NCBI GenBank assembly: GCA_013239625.1
Contig: MU056050.1
Span: 5,403,366 to 5,467,365, forward strand
Length of the DNA: 64,000 nucleotides
Direction of reading: 5' to 3'
Source of the DNA: Lama guanicoe
Lineage: Eukaryota
Shown here one piece after another: positions 38,521 to 52,600 of the stretch. The stretch's first letter is position 1. Each line of letters starts with the position of its first letter. The notes under the pieces were generated by a model, which did no database searches, had not been told where the DNA came from, and was given only the letters and a program-made list of their open reading frames with translations. Made by a program: the position numbers and the translations under genes.

Positions 38521-41500
38521 AGACTTCTGATCTCGCTACATGGGACAGATTCACGTAAAGCCCTTTATACAACTAGAGACACTCACCCAGGATTGCCTGC
38601 CAATCAAGTGTCTGGGCCAAGAATTACTCTTCATTCCTGCAGGCAGAGAATCCCTTATTGACCATAGGGCCATCTGGCCGGGCATCACTGGCAGAAGAAT
38701 CCAGCCTAAGCAGGTTCCTGGCCTGGGAAACATTGTTTATTTTCATGGGAAAAGAATCTCTTTACCCATCTAGAAACAAAGCAGCAAAATCACACTAAAA
38801 GGGGGTACCTGCCACAACAAACACCTGGCCCTGGAAGTATGCTTTGTCCCATGAGCTAGAGATTCTATTCACTTACTAGGTGGCCAGACCTGGAGAAGCT
38901 ACTTGTCCATTCTCAGGCTGCACCAGCAGGGGCAAGTGAAAGACTCAGAAGAAACAGATAAACAAATTAAAACAAAACAGAACCACAAACATTCTGGAGA
39001 TTAAATTGTCACTGGAAACACAAAATAGGTCATAACCTCTGTACTGAACCGAAACTACCCGCAAAGATAAAGATTTAAATAAGACCCAGAGCCTCATAAT
39101 GTAATAATTGAAAACTCCAGAATATAATTTTTATGTCATCAGCCATATTAAGACACAAGAAAAGCTCAACAAGAAAACTGACATCACCATTGAGAAGACA
39201 CAAATGTGGGATCTGACAAGTGTTTTAAACCAAACAACATGAAAATCTTCACGCAGCAGTTACATTCTAATAAAGCATGAAAAAATAGGAAATCTCATGA
39301 AATAATTACTTATAAAAAAGAAACTAAGTATTAGAAATGAAAATATAACTGAAATAATACAATGGATGAGCTCAGTAGTAGAGTGAAAAAGACACAGGAT
39401 AGAATCAATGAACTTAAGCACAGATTTAACCTACTCACTTTGAACAACAGAGAGAAATTAGACTTAAAAAAAAATAAATGAACAGGACTTCAGGGACATC
39501 AGGGACAATAACAGAAGATACACCATTCACATCATCAGAGTCCCGTGCAGATATGAGAAACTAAAAAAGGTTTAAAGACTATTTGAAGAAATAATGGAAT
39601 AAAAATGCCCACATTTGGTAAACACATAAATCCACAAATTCAAGAAAATGAATGAAGCCTACATAAGTAAACCCAAGTAATTCTATCTCAAGACACGTCA
39701 TAATTAAACTTCTGATAATTAATGAAAAAATAAAATCTTGAAAGCACCCAGAGAGAACTAACGTATTACTTACAGGGCAGCACCAATTCCAATGACAACA
39801 TACTCCGCATCTGAAGAAAGAAGGAGGCAAGAAAGAAGTGGCACAACAATTTTCCACACATTAAAAGTAAGAACTGGCAACTGAGCAACACTATCTTTCT
39901 GGAAAGAAGAAGAAATAAAGATATTTTCAGATAAAGTAAAATGAAGATAATTTGCCATCAACAATTTACTATTAAATAATACTAAAGTAATTTCTTTAAA
40001 ATGAAAACAAATAGGAAAAAAGAAATACTGGAGAAATAAAAAGGAAGAAAGGACAGAGAGAAAAAAATTAGGTCGATTCATTTGACTTCATATGTTTTCA
40101 CAAGCAGATCTGATGATAGAAACAAAAAGTACAACACTGTCTGACACTCCAAACAATGATGTTTAAAAGTGGGGAAGCTAAAATTAACTGAACAGAAATA
40201 GGGCTTCAACAGGGCTACTCCACTTGAAGTAGTAAAATCTGGACACTAACAGGCTGTGATAAGTTGAATATGCAAATTGTAATACTCAGGGTAACTGCTA
40301 AGAAAATTCGACAAAAATGTACGTTCATAACTTAGAAAACAAATCCAGATAGACTCTTAAAAAGTATTTAAATAACCTACAAGAATCTAGCAAAGAGAAA
40401 CAGGAATGAGAAACATTGGAAACAAACAGAAAACAAGTTAAAAAAATGACAGATTTAAGTTCTAACATATAAATTATTATCTTAAATATAGAATCTAAAT
40501 AAAAAGAAGATATTAGCAAAGCAAGTAATAATATCACTACCTAACTATGTGCTGCCTATAAGAAACTGACTTGAATTCAATGACAAGCAATTTTGAAAAT
40601 AAAAGGAGGGCAAGAGATATACCATACCTAGTTTGTTGTTTAAAAAAGCAGGAGTGGCTATACTAGTATTTGAGAAACAGACTTCAGAGCAAAGAAAATT
40701 ATACTTGAGATAAAGAGAAACATTACATAATGATAAAAGTTTAGATCCACCAGGATCATAATGTATATGCACGAGACAATAAGACCTCAAAATGAATGAA
40801 GGAAAAGCTAATAGAAATGCAGTAATAGACAAACAAGCTATTATAGTTGTGAACTTCAAAATCCACTCAAATGAAGTGAAAGAATTACCACTCACAAAAT
40901 CAGCAGCGTTATATGAATGGACCAGAAATGGCCTCTGTATACTGGCTCAAAATGGCCAACATGCTAAACTGCTACACATCAGGCTAGGACATTTAGCCCA
41001 AAGTCCAGAGATGCCAAACTCAAATTTGTACACATCCAGTTGTTTTAAATACATCAAAATAAACATGAAGTTTACCTACTTTGTATACATTGTGGAATTA
41101 CACACAACTTCTGCTAAGCTTAGATAAGATAAACACAGTATTTATGAATGAATCCAAATCACTGCTGCCACTTGGAGCTCTCTGGCCCAGAGACTCTCCG
41201 TCCTGCCACTGAGTGACATTACCTAACATAAGCCCCACTTTCAATCTTCTGTTCTCTCCTGAGAAGTCATTTGGATTATCCCCATCCTGTGTGGTGGCCC
41301 TGCACCACTGTCTCTGAAGGGTTTCTCGTTCAACTTTGTCCAAGTATCACCTAATAAAGATTGTTATGTGTTACTGCCGCTCATGGTTCTGTCTCTTTCT
41401 TGATCTACCCTGAAATTCTCTAACTTACCACACAAGGCTACAGCAGATATGAACAATGACATCAACGAACACAATCCAAATGACATATAGAGCACTCTAT

Positions 41501-42859
41501 CCTACAAGTACAGAATACTTACTTTTTCAAGCACTCATGAAACATTCAAAAAGATAGACCATACAAAAACACACACATACATAGGAATTTAAATTCTATA
41601 AAACGTTCTCTGACATAATGAAATCCAATAGGAAATCAATAGCAGAAAGGCACTGGAAAATAACTAAACGCTTGGAAATTAACATATTTCTTAATAATTT
41701 ATGGCTCAAAGAAGTAAGTTTCAAATGAAATAAAAATAAAATGCTTCTGAAAATACAGCATATTAAAATATGTGAGATACAGCTAAGGCAATGATGAGAG
41801 GTTTTTTTGTTTGTTTGTTTGTTTTAGCACTAAAGGCTTAAATTAAGAGACGGTCCTCAAGTCAGTAATCTTCCTCAAAACATTAGAAGATGAAGAGCAA
41901 AATAAACCAAATACAATCAAAAGGAAGAAAATAAATGTCAGAGTAAAAATCAATGATATTTAAATTAGGAAAATAATAGGGTAAATCAATAAAACAAAAA
42001 GAATGTTTCAAAATTTAATACAATAAAGAAGCCTGCAGCCAAACTGGCAAAAATAATCTCACCAAAAGGAGACAAAAAACATCCATATCAAGAATTAAAT
42101 ACCCAATATCACTGCAGATCTTGCAGCCATGAAAAGGATAATAAGTGAATATTGTGAACAGCAATGTGCACATAAATTCAACAACTTATAATAAACCAAT
42201 TATCCCCAAATACAACAAAGATGAATTAGATAATATGAATAGTCCTATTACCATTTATAATTTTGCATTAATGACTAAATAGCTCATGTAAATGAAATCT
42301 AGAGACTCAGACAGTTTCTCTAGAGAATTTTACTAAACATTCGAAGAAAACCTGGCAACAATTTTATGCAATATATTCCAGAATGTAGCAGAGAAGGATA
42401 CTTCCCAGCTCATTTTATAAAGACAATATTACTCCAATACCAAAATAAAACAAAGACAGTACAAATAAATAAAACTACAAACCAATATCTCACATAACCT
42501 TGATTCCAAAACTCATAAAAATATTAGTAAATTAAATTCCACACTGGATAAAAGAATTATACTCCATGATAAAGCAGTATTTACCCCAGGTACACAAGGG
42601 TTCTTCAATACTGAAAATCAATCAGCATGATCAAACACATCAATTAGGCTAAATAATTAAAAATCTGATGATCCTCTCAACAGACACAGTAAAAGCACTG
42701 GACAAAATTCAGCAAGCATTTATAATAATTTCTCAGCAATTTGAGAACTACTTCAACTTGAAAAGGGTATCTACGAGAAATACCTACAGCAAACATTGTA
42801 CCTAATGGTGAAGGACTGATCATTTTCACCCTAAGATCTGCAATAAAAGCAAAGATGCC
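38521..42859 (+). mobile_element. LINE-1 (L1MD-like), left part: 5'UTR, ORF1, EN, start of RT
   Basis: ORF1-like ~39150-40000; EN 'tatgtgctgcctataagaaactgac' (~40547); ends in the RT motif region 'cctaagatctgcaataaaagcaaagatgcc'. Confidence 0.85.
40907..41432 (+). mobile_element. Solo LTR (ERVL class, MER74/MER88-like)
   Basis: GC-richer ~525 bp block interrupting L1 EN; AATAAA at 41353-41358; ends in CA; L1 sequence resumes after it. Subfamily uncertain. Confidence 0.7.
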
Positions 42860-45800
42860 AACTTTTATTTATTTATTTTCAAATTTTTATAATTTTATTT
42901 TTGATGTTCCTTTTTCTAGCTTTACTGACCTACAATTTGCAAATAATATGGTGTAAATTAGAAGTGAACAATGTAATGATTTTTTTATACACATATATGG
43001 TGAAATGATTAAATAAGTTTATGGAACATATCCATTACCTCACATACCTACCCCCTTTTTTTAGTGAGAGATTTCAAGATCTGCTTTTGTGGCAACTTTC
43101 AAGTATACAATAGACTTTATTATTATTAACTGTAGTCACTTTGCTATATATTAGATACCTCAACCTTACTCATCCTATCATTAAATTTTTCCCTTTGACC
43201 ATCATGGCCATTTCCCCCACCTCCTTCTTCCCTGGATATCACCAATATATTCTTTGTTTCTAAGATTCCAGCATTTTTAGATTTCACGTATCAGTGAAAT
43301 TATACAGAATTTTTCTTTCTCTGTCTGACTTATTTTATTTAGCATAATGCCCTCAAGGTTAATTTATGTTGCTATAAATGACAGGATTTCCTTCTCCTTT
43401 ACTATTCTATTAATAAATACATCACATTTTCATCCACCATTCAACAGTATATGGACACATTGTTTCTGTGTCTTAATACTGTAAATATTAATGCAACAAA
43501 CATGGAGGTACAGATATATATACAAGATAGGAATTTTATTTTCCTTGGCTATATATACACACAAATGGGATAGCTGGATCATATGGTATTTCTATTTTCA
43601 ATTTTTTCAAGAATTTTTATCCTGTCTTCCATACTGGCTGAACCAATTTACATTCCACCAACACTGAACAAGCATTCCCCTTTCTCCACATTTTGCCAGC
43701 AATTGTCATCTCTTAACTTTTTTATAATAAACATTCTAACATATGTGAGGTGGTATCTCACAGTCATTTGGATTTGCATTTTCCTGATGATTAGCGATGC
43801 TGAACACCTTTTTGTGAACCTGTTGGCCACTTCTATATCAAATCTGGAAAGACATCTATTCAGGTCCTTTGCCGTTTTTATTTTGTCTTCTGTTCTGGGA
43901 GGTAATTAGGTTTATTTATTGTTTTCTGTTTAATGGAGGTACTAGGGGTTGAACCCAGGACCTCATGCATGCTAGGCATGCACTCTGCCACTGAGCTATA
44001 CCCTCTTTTTTGCCCATTTTTAAATTGGATTATTTGTTTTAATGCTATTGAGTTACGCGAGTACCTTATACACTTTGGAAATTAACCTCTTATCTGATCA
44101 ATGATTTATAAATACTTTCTCCTATTTCATAGGTTGCCTTTTCATCTTGTTGATTTTTTTTCTGTGTAGAAGCTTTTTAGTTTGATGTAGTCCCACTTGT
44201 TTATTTTTGCTTTTCCTGCTTGTGCATTTGGAGTCATATACAAAAAAATCATTGCCAAGACCAATTTCAAGGAAGTTTTTCCCTGTGTGGTCTTATAGGG
44301 GTTTTATGGCTTTAGGTCTTATGTTTAAAACTTCAATCCATTTTGAATAAATTTTTGTGAGTGGTGTAAGATAGAGGATCAGTTTCATACTTTTACAGGT
44401 GAATACCTAGTTCTTCAAACCTTATTTCTGAAACAAACTATCTTGCCCCACTGTGTATTCTTGGGTCCCTTGCAAAATGTTAATTGACCATATATGCATG
44501 TGTTTATTACTGGGCTCTCAACTCTGTTCCATTGGTCTATGTTTCTGCTTTTCTATCAATACCATACTTTTTCAATTATTATAGCTTTGTGGTGTAGTTT
44601 TAAATCAGAAAGTGTGATGCCTCCAGATTTGTTAGTCTCTTTTCAAGACTGTTTTGGGTATTCAGAGTCTTTTATTTTTTCATAAGAAATTTAGGATTGT
44701 TGTTTCTATTTCTGTGAAAAATGCCATAAACATTTTGATAGGGATTGCATTGAACACATAGATGTTTTGAGTTTTATGGACAATTTAATAATGTGAAATT
44801 TTATAATCCATGAGCATGTGATACTCTCCCATTTCTTTGTGTCTTCTTTAGTTTCCTTTATCAAAGTCTTACAGTTCTCAGTATATAAATCTTTCATGTC
44901 CTCAGTTAATTTTTTCCAAATTATTTCTTTGTTTTTGATGTTATTGTTAATATGATTGTTTTTTTCTTTTCGAAGTAGTTTGTTGTTAGTGTATGATTTT
45001 GTATATTAGTTTTCTATTCTGCAATATTATTGAATTTGTTCATTAGTTTTAACACTTGTTGGTGTTATCTTTAGAATTTTCGACATATAACAGAACATCA
45101 ACTGAAAAAAGAGACAATTGTACTTCTTCATTTCCAGTTCACATGTGTCATAATGCTGGTGTCATAAGATGAGTTTTGAGTGTTCCCTCCTCTTTGATGT
45201 TTTTGGAAGAGTTTGAAAATGCTTGCCATTAATTCTTTCTAAAGGATTAGTAGAAATTACCAGTGAAATCATTTATTCCTGGGCTTTTCATTGTTGGCAA
45301 ATTTTTCATTATTCAATCTACTTACTCATTATTGGTCTCTTGACATTTTCTATTTCTCCATGATTCAGTGTTGGTAGGTTGTATTTTTAGGAATTCATCC
45401 ATTTCTTCTAGTTCATTCAATTTGTTTGTGTATAGTTATTCGTAACAGTCTCTTATGATTCCTTATATGTGGTTTATGTTGTGTTTGTCAATTTTGTTTA
45501 TCTTTTCAAATAGCCAACTCCTCTTTTTGTTAACCTTTCTTATTGTCTTCCTATTCTGTATTTCTTTGATTTCTACTCTAATCTTTATTATCGTCTTCTT
45601 CTAACATTGGGCTTAAGTTTATTCTTCTCTTCCCAGAACATTAATATATATGCTTAGGTTGCTTATTTGAGATGTATCTTTTTTCCCTGAAGTATGCATT
45701 TAGAGCTATGTATTTTCCTCTTAAAATTGCTTTTGATGCATATCATCAGTTTTGGTATATTTTGTTTCCATTTTCATTTGTCCCAAGGAATTCTGTTACT

Positions 45801-48800
45801 TCTTTTTGAATTTCTTCTTTCCTCCAATGGTTGTTCAGAAATGTGTTGTTTAATTCCATGTATTTGTTTATTTTTAAGCATTCCTTGTTATTCATTTCTA
45901 TTTTCTTATCTTGCAGACAAATGTATATTGATATTTGCTATAATTTCTGTCTTTTTCAATTTGTTGAGACTTGTTTTGTAACCTAACATATGATCTATCC
46001 TAGAAAATATTCTCTGTGTGCTTTAATGTATATTTTGCTGCTGTTCTATGGAAAGTTCTGTATCTGTAAGTTAGGGCCATTTGATCTATACTGCTGTTCA
46101 AATCTCCTGTTCCCTTATTGATTCTCTGTCTGGATTATCTAGCAATTGTAGAGAATGACATAAAATTGCCCCAACTATCATTACATTATTGTTTATGTCT
46201 CCTTCCATTCTGTTAGCATATGCTTTATATACTTAGGTGCTCCACTGTTGAGTGCACATATATTTACAATTACCATATCTTCTTGATGAATCAGACCCTT
46301 CATTATTATTTAATGGTTGCCTTGGTCTCCTGTAACATTTTAGCATAAAGTCTATTTTGTCAAATAAAAGCATAGCTATCTCTACTTTCTTTTGGTTACC
46401 ATTTGCTTTGAGTATCTTTTTCCTTCCCTCCTATTTGAGCCTATGTGTGTCCTTGAAGAAAAACTGAGTCTCTTAAGGACACCTTATCACTGCATCTTAT
46501 GTTCTTACCCATTTTACCATTCTATGTCTTTTGATTGGACCGTTTAATGCACTTAAACTTAATGTAATTAGTGATAGGTATGGACTACTATTGACGTTTG
46601 TTAATTGTCTTCTAACTGTTCTATAGATCCTATGCTCCTTGCTTCCTCTTGTGCTATATTCTTTTGACAAATTGATGACTTTTTTGGCAGATTGCTTTGA
46701 CTCTTTCTTATAATCTCTTTTTTATCTACTACAAGTTTTTCCTTTGTGGTTACCATAAGGCTTACATAAAATATCTTATAGTTATAATATCCTATTTTAA
46801 GGTGATAAGAAATTAACCTCAAAAACAAACAGAAACTTTATATTTTTACATCTACCCCTTCACATATCATATTATTGATGTAACAATTAACATTTTTTAT
46901 ACTGCACGTCCAGTAACAAATTACTGCAGTTATGGCTATCTCAAATACATTTATTTGTAACTCTTATGCTGTTTGTAGTAAGTGATTTATGTACCACCAC
47001 TATAATATTAGATCATTTGATTTTGACTATCTATTTACCTTTTCTAAGTACATTTTACCTATTGATATATTCTTATGATGTTAATTAGCATTTCATTTCA
47101 GCTTTAAGGAATCTCTTCAATATTTCTTATAAGACAGGTCTAGTGGTAATGAACTGCCTTGGCTTTTTTTATGGTTTGGGGAAGTTCTTCTCCTTCATTT
47201 CTGAAGGAGAGCTTTGATGTGTATACTATTCTTGGTTGACAGGGTTTTTTTTTCTTTTAATAATTTGGATTTATCTGTCCACGCTTTTCTGGCCTGCAAA
47301 CTATCTACTGAGAAATCTACTTACAGTCTTATAATGGCTCCTTTATATGTAACAAGTTGCTTTTCTTTTACTGTTTTCAAAATTCTGTCTTAAATACTGA
47401 CAATTAAGTTATAATGTGTCTTGTGGTATGTCTTTCGAGATTCAACCTATTACAGATACTTTAGCCTTCATTAATTTAATTATCTATGTCTCTCCTCAAT
47501 TTTGGCAGGTTTTTAACTGTTTTTTCCCTTAAAGACCCTGCCTCTTTCTTTTCTTCTTTTGCATCTGGAATTTTCATAATGTTATTTCTTTTGATGATGC
47601 CCTATAAAGCCAAAAGGTCTTCTTAATTCTAATTCTTCCTAATTTTTTTCCTCATGTAATGGGATAATTTTGAATTATCTTATACAAGGTCATTGACTCT
47701 TTCTTCTGCTTGGACTAGTCTACTTGTGAAGCTCTCTATTAAATTCTTCAGTTCAGTGTTTGTATTTGTCAGCTTTAAGATTTTTGTTTGTTTTTTGGTT
47801 ATGTTTATTTCTTTGTTGAACTCATTTTGTTCATGCATTGTTTTCTTAGATTCATTCAGTTGTCTATGTGTTCTTCTCTTTAATTGAACTCCTTTAGGAG
47901 GATTATTCTGAATTATTGTTCAAACATTTCATAAATACAGATTTCTTTAAGTTCTGTATTTGAAGCTCTATTAGTTTCCTTTGCAAGCGTCATGTTTACT
48001 TGATTCTTTGTGATCCTTGTATCTTTGTACTGGTATCTCTACATTTAAGTAAGCATTGTCTTCTTCCAGAAATTACAGGTTTGCTTTGAACAGGAATGTT
48101 GGTTGTGCTCTACATTCAGGTGGGGCCGCTAGCTGATCTTTGCAATCATATCTTTCTTTTCTGACAGGGAGGTGCCAGTGACTGGACTCTGTGACTGGGC
48201 AGGTCTCTTGGCTAGGCTTCTAAATTGTTCCTGGTTTAGTGAGGCCTCAGGCTTTTCTCCCTAACAGGACAGTGCCACTGGCTGGATTCCACATTAAGGT
48301 GGAGCCAAAGGCTGTGAATTGGCATCAGAAAAGCCACTGGTTGTGTGCTCTCCTGTAGCACAAAGCCACTGGCCAGAATTTCTGGTCATCCAGGGCCTCC
48401 AGTTGTATTCTGACATAGAGCAGGGCTTAAGATTGAGTAGAATGGTCAGGCATCATCACTGTAAAGGGTATGTTTGCTAACTAGGCAGGGCTATAGTTTG
48501 GGTTCAACTGATGGGCAAGGTTGTAGGCTGGGCACTATGGCTAAGCAGCGCTGTAGGCTGGGCTCCAAGACTATCCAGGGTCATTGTTCAGGGTAACTGA
48601 CTATTCAGGGTGAGACTATGTTCAATACTTGGGTGGGGTTGCTGGCATGCCTCCCTGCCCAAGCGAGGTTACAGGATGGACTGCACAGTCACAAAGGTTC
48701 TCTGGCAAGGCTGGATTGCAGCCTATGCTCAGCAGTTGGAAAAGGTTCAAACATGGTTCTTTGATTTGGCAGAATCATAGAATGGGCCAGACAGTTAGTA

Positions 48801-49363
48801 CCGACTGAAGTTAGAGAACCAGACCAGGTACAACTGCCAACCATGCCCCCTTGCCAGATGGAGCCAGTGGCTCAGTTCTGCACATAGGAAGATCTACTGG
48901 CTAGGATCTCTGATTGGGCACCGCTTCCACTGAGAATGCTATCTGGTAATGTCTGAGTGTTGGTTGTTTCTGATCTCCAGTTGTCAAGCTCAGTGGATGC
49001 TCCCCAATGATTCCCATAAGGGGAAACATGACTGGGTCTCCTTAGAAGCATCACACAATGCTGAAAAACCTGTATGTCCACCTAGGGATTTCTTTTCCCA
49101 CTGGATGCATCATAGCCCTAGAAGGGCCCTCTTACTGTGCTTCTTTACCAACCTGGGGAAGGGACAATCTAGTAAATGTGAAATTGCTCCTCTTACCTTC
49201 TAATGAGGTCCCTATTAGTCTCTATTGTTCAGAGGGGGTATTTCAGCTTCCACCCCTGGTTCTGAGATTTTCACAATGATGACATCAATGAATACTTGCT
49301 AGTCGGTATTCTTGTGAGGAGGACTAACAACAGGATTAATTTGCCACAGTCTTGATGACTTCA
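42860..49363 (-). mobile_element. Near full-length antisense LINE-1 (L1MA9/10-like) with internal ORF2 deletions
   Basis: T-rich tail at 42862. Minus ORFs 43648-43830 (KRCSASLIIRKMQI..RYHLT..CWQNVEKGE) and 44706-44897 (MKDLYTENCKTLIKE). ORF1 at ~47100-48000, GC-rich 5'UTR at ~48100-49363. Confidence 0.92.
43881..44008 (-). mobile_element. tRNA-derived SINE, camelid Vic-1-like
   Basis: The reverse complement reads GAGGGTATAGCTCAGTGGCAGAGTGCATGCCTAGCATGCATGAGGTCCTGGGTTCAACCCCTAGTACCTCCA (A and B boxes), then a tail with AATAAATAAACCTAATTACCTCCC. TSD-like tttgccgttttta (43868-43880) and tttgcccattttta (44009-44022). Confidence 0.9.
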
Positions 49364-49692
49364 ACTTAGTCCATGTTTTTATTACTTATTACAGACTTTA
49401 ACAACTCATAAATGATGTATTGCCATGGAGTTGTCTCAACACAGAAATTGTGTATCACCTGCAAATTTGTTTCACCTTTCTCAGTCTTTACCAAGGTCAA
49501 TGATCAACACAGCTTGCTCATCTTCTCTAGTGCATTGTTATTGTATGAAGAATGTATAAACCACTGATTTGGAGTCTGCATCTTTATTTTCTGAGCAGCA
49601 ACTCTAGATTTAAATTGTATATTTAGTTTCTAATGTTCTTTTTTTCTCAATACTGGATATATACCTGGAAGAAACAGCTGTGCCATCACTCA

Positions 49693-52600
49693 CAAGGATG
49701 CCCTTACACCACTCTTATTCAACATAATATTAGAAGTTGTATCCAGAGTAATACAGCAAGAAAGGTAAATAAAAAGCATACAGATTGGGAAGGAATAAAT
49801 GAAACTGCTATTATTTATATATCAAATGATTATGTAGAAAATCTCAAATTAAACAAAGTTCTTAGGACTAATAAGTGGATACAGCAACATTGCAGGATAT
49901 AAGATCAGCATGTAAAAAATCAATTGTATTTCTATATACTCACAGTGAACATGTGCCAACAGAAATTAAAAACTACCATTTACAATAACTCCAAAGAAAA
50001 GTAAATACTTACATATAAACATCACAAAACATGTACAGAATCCACATGATAAAAAACAGCAAATTGAATAGTAAAATAATATGATTAACATACCACAGCA
50101 TTCGAATGGAACGTGTGAATTTTCTCCAAACTGATGTGTAAGTTCTCATGAAGTAACTATTAAATTTTAGTAAGGCTTTTTGTAGATAGAGAAAAACTAA
50201 TCTAAAATTTATGTGGAGAGGCATGTGTCCTAGAATAGCTAAAATTATCTTGAAAAAGAAGAATGAAATGGAAAGACTCACACTACCTAATACTAAGGCT
50301 TACTATATAGCTACAGTAATTAAAATGGTGTGGTATTATGGAAGGATAAAACACACATAAATGAAACACAATAAATGAAACCCAGAAATATACCCACAAA
50401 AACGTTCAACTAATTTTCAACAAATATGAAAAATGCATTAAATTCATAAAGGATCTCTATTTTAATAAAATGATTCTGGATATTCATGGACAAACAAAAA
50501 TGAACATCAATCTAAATTTAGGAGTCTTATATAAAAGGTAACCTAAAATGGATCATGAAATTTAATGATAAATACAAAACTATAAAACTTTTAGTAAAAG
50601 CAGAGGAGAAAAATCTAGGGGACCTAGAGCTTGGTGAAGAGTTCATAGGCTTGACACCAAAAGTATAATCTATAAAAGGGAAAAATTATAATTTGGATCT
50701 CATCAAGATTAAATAATTTTTCTCTGTGAAAGAATCTGTATAGAAGTTTACAAGCTGAGTACTGAGAGAAATTATTTTTCAATCACATATTCAGTAAGGG
50801 AATTATATCCAGAATATATGAAGAACTCTCTAATCTGAACAATAAGCAAACAATCTAAATAGAAAATGGGTAAAAGGCATGAACACATATTTCACCAGAC
50901 GATTTACAGATGTCATATAGGCACATAAAAACATGTTCAATATCACTGTCTACTAGAAAATTAAAATTAAAATCACAATTAGACCCTACTAAACAGTTAT
51001 GATAATGACTAAACTTAAAAAATAGTAAAAAACAAAAACAAAAACAAAAAATGTTTCTGAGAATAGAGAGAAAGTGGACTGCTCATATGTTGCTTTTATG
51101 AATGTAGAATGGTACAATAACTCTGGAAAATAGTTTTGTAGTTTCTTTTAACAACAAAACATACAACTTCCAAACAACTAGGAAAGTGAATATCATTTCT
51201 GAGAAAAATGAGAACTCAAGTTTATTTTAAAACAAGAAACCTCTACCCAAATGTTCCTATAAATTTTACTTCTAATAGTCAAAAACTGGAATCAGCCCAG
51301 ATGTCTTTGAAAAGGGGAATGGTTAAACAACATGTGGTATGCCCATCCCATGTTTGATGATTAATTTGATATGTCAAATTGACTAGGCCACAGGGTACCC
51401 AGACATTTGGTCAAACATTATTCTCAGTGTGATTGTGAAGGTGTTTCTAAAGGAGATTAACATTTGAATTAATGGATTAATTAAAGCAGACTGCCCACAC
51501 TAATATGGTTGGGCCCATCCTATCAGTTGAAAACCTGAATAAAACAAAAAGTCTGACCTTCACACAAGTAGGAGTAAATCCTTCCGACTGCCTATTTTTT
51601 TAAGTGTGATATTTACTTATCTATCGAATTAAACAGAAACATTGACTCTTCTAGGGTCTCTAGTCTAAAGGCCTTTGGCCTTAAACTACATCATTGGTTC
51701 TCCTAGTTTACAGGCCTTCAAACTTGGACTGGATCAACACCATCAAGCTTGTGGACTGCAGATCTAGGGACTTGTTAACCACTATAACTACATGAGCCAA
51801 TTCCTTATACTAAATAAGAGAGTAAGTATAATCCTATGTTTTTGTTTCTCTGGTGAACCTTGATTAACACAGATTTTAGTATAAAAGGTGGTTCCAGAAG
51901 AACAGAATTTTAAGGACGAGTTTTCTATATTCATTCTGAGGTTTCTGGAGTTGACACTCTAATTTCACTATATTTGAAGATGTTCATGACTATTTCATGC
52001 AGAATATCACCACTGGATATTCCTATCAACCGCTTATAACAACCAACGATCTGTGTAACTGTGTATATGATACTTTTGAACATTTTTCTCAAACTAACGA
52101 ATGTAATGAGATTGGCTTTCTTCGTATGTTGTTAGACAAAGTGGGGAAATAAAAAGATGAGCTAGACATTTAAATTTCAAGCTTGAGAGCTACATAAATT
52201 ATTTGAAATCTTCTATACGTGCCCTGAAGTAGACCCATATCTCCTATAGCTGCAGGTCTGAGAATACTGAAATATTAAATGCAGAACCTCATTCTGTGAC
52301 TGGTTGAATTACAAAGCAATTGAACTCCCACCCTCATAGATTGTTTCTGTTAAAGGGAGGACACTGACTTGAGAGGAGGAGGATCCTAAAAGTTGGGATG
52401 GGGAATGTATGGAAAGTCCCTGATGAAACTGGGGACACTGAACCACTAAATTGTGATGTCTTCTTTGCTAGTGGAAAGGGCCTCTCTTTCCCCAGTGGAA
52501 GCAGCCTCTCCACTCCATTCTGATAGGATTAACCCTGAATTGACTGAAGAATCTTTTACAGTTTTCTGATAGCAGTTACCATGCCAAAGACACTGCCATG

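Noticed and set aside
43932..44005. tRNA gene
   Set aside because: It has a SINE tail and TSD and lies within an L1; a tRNA-derived SINE.
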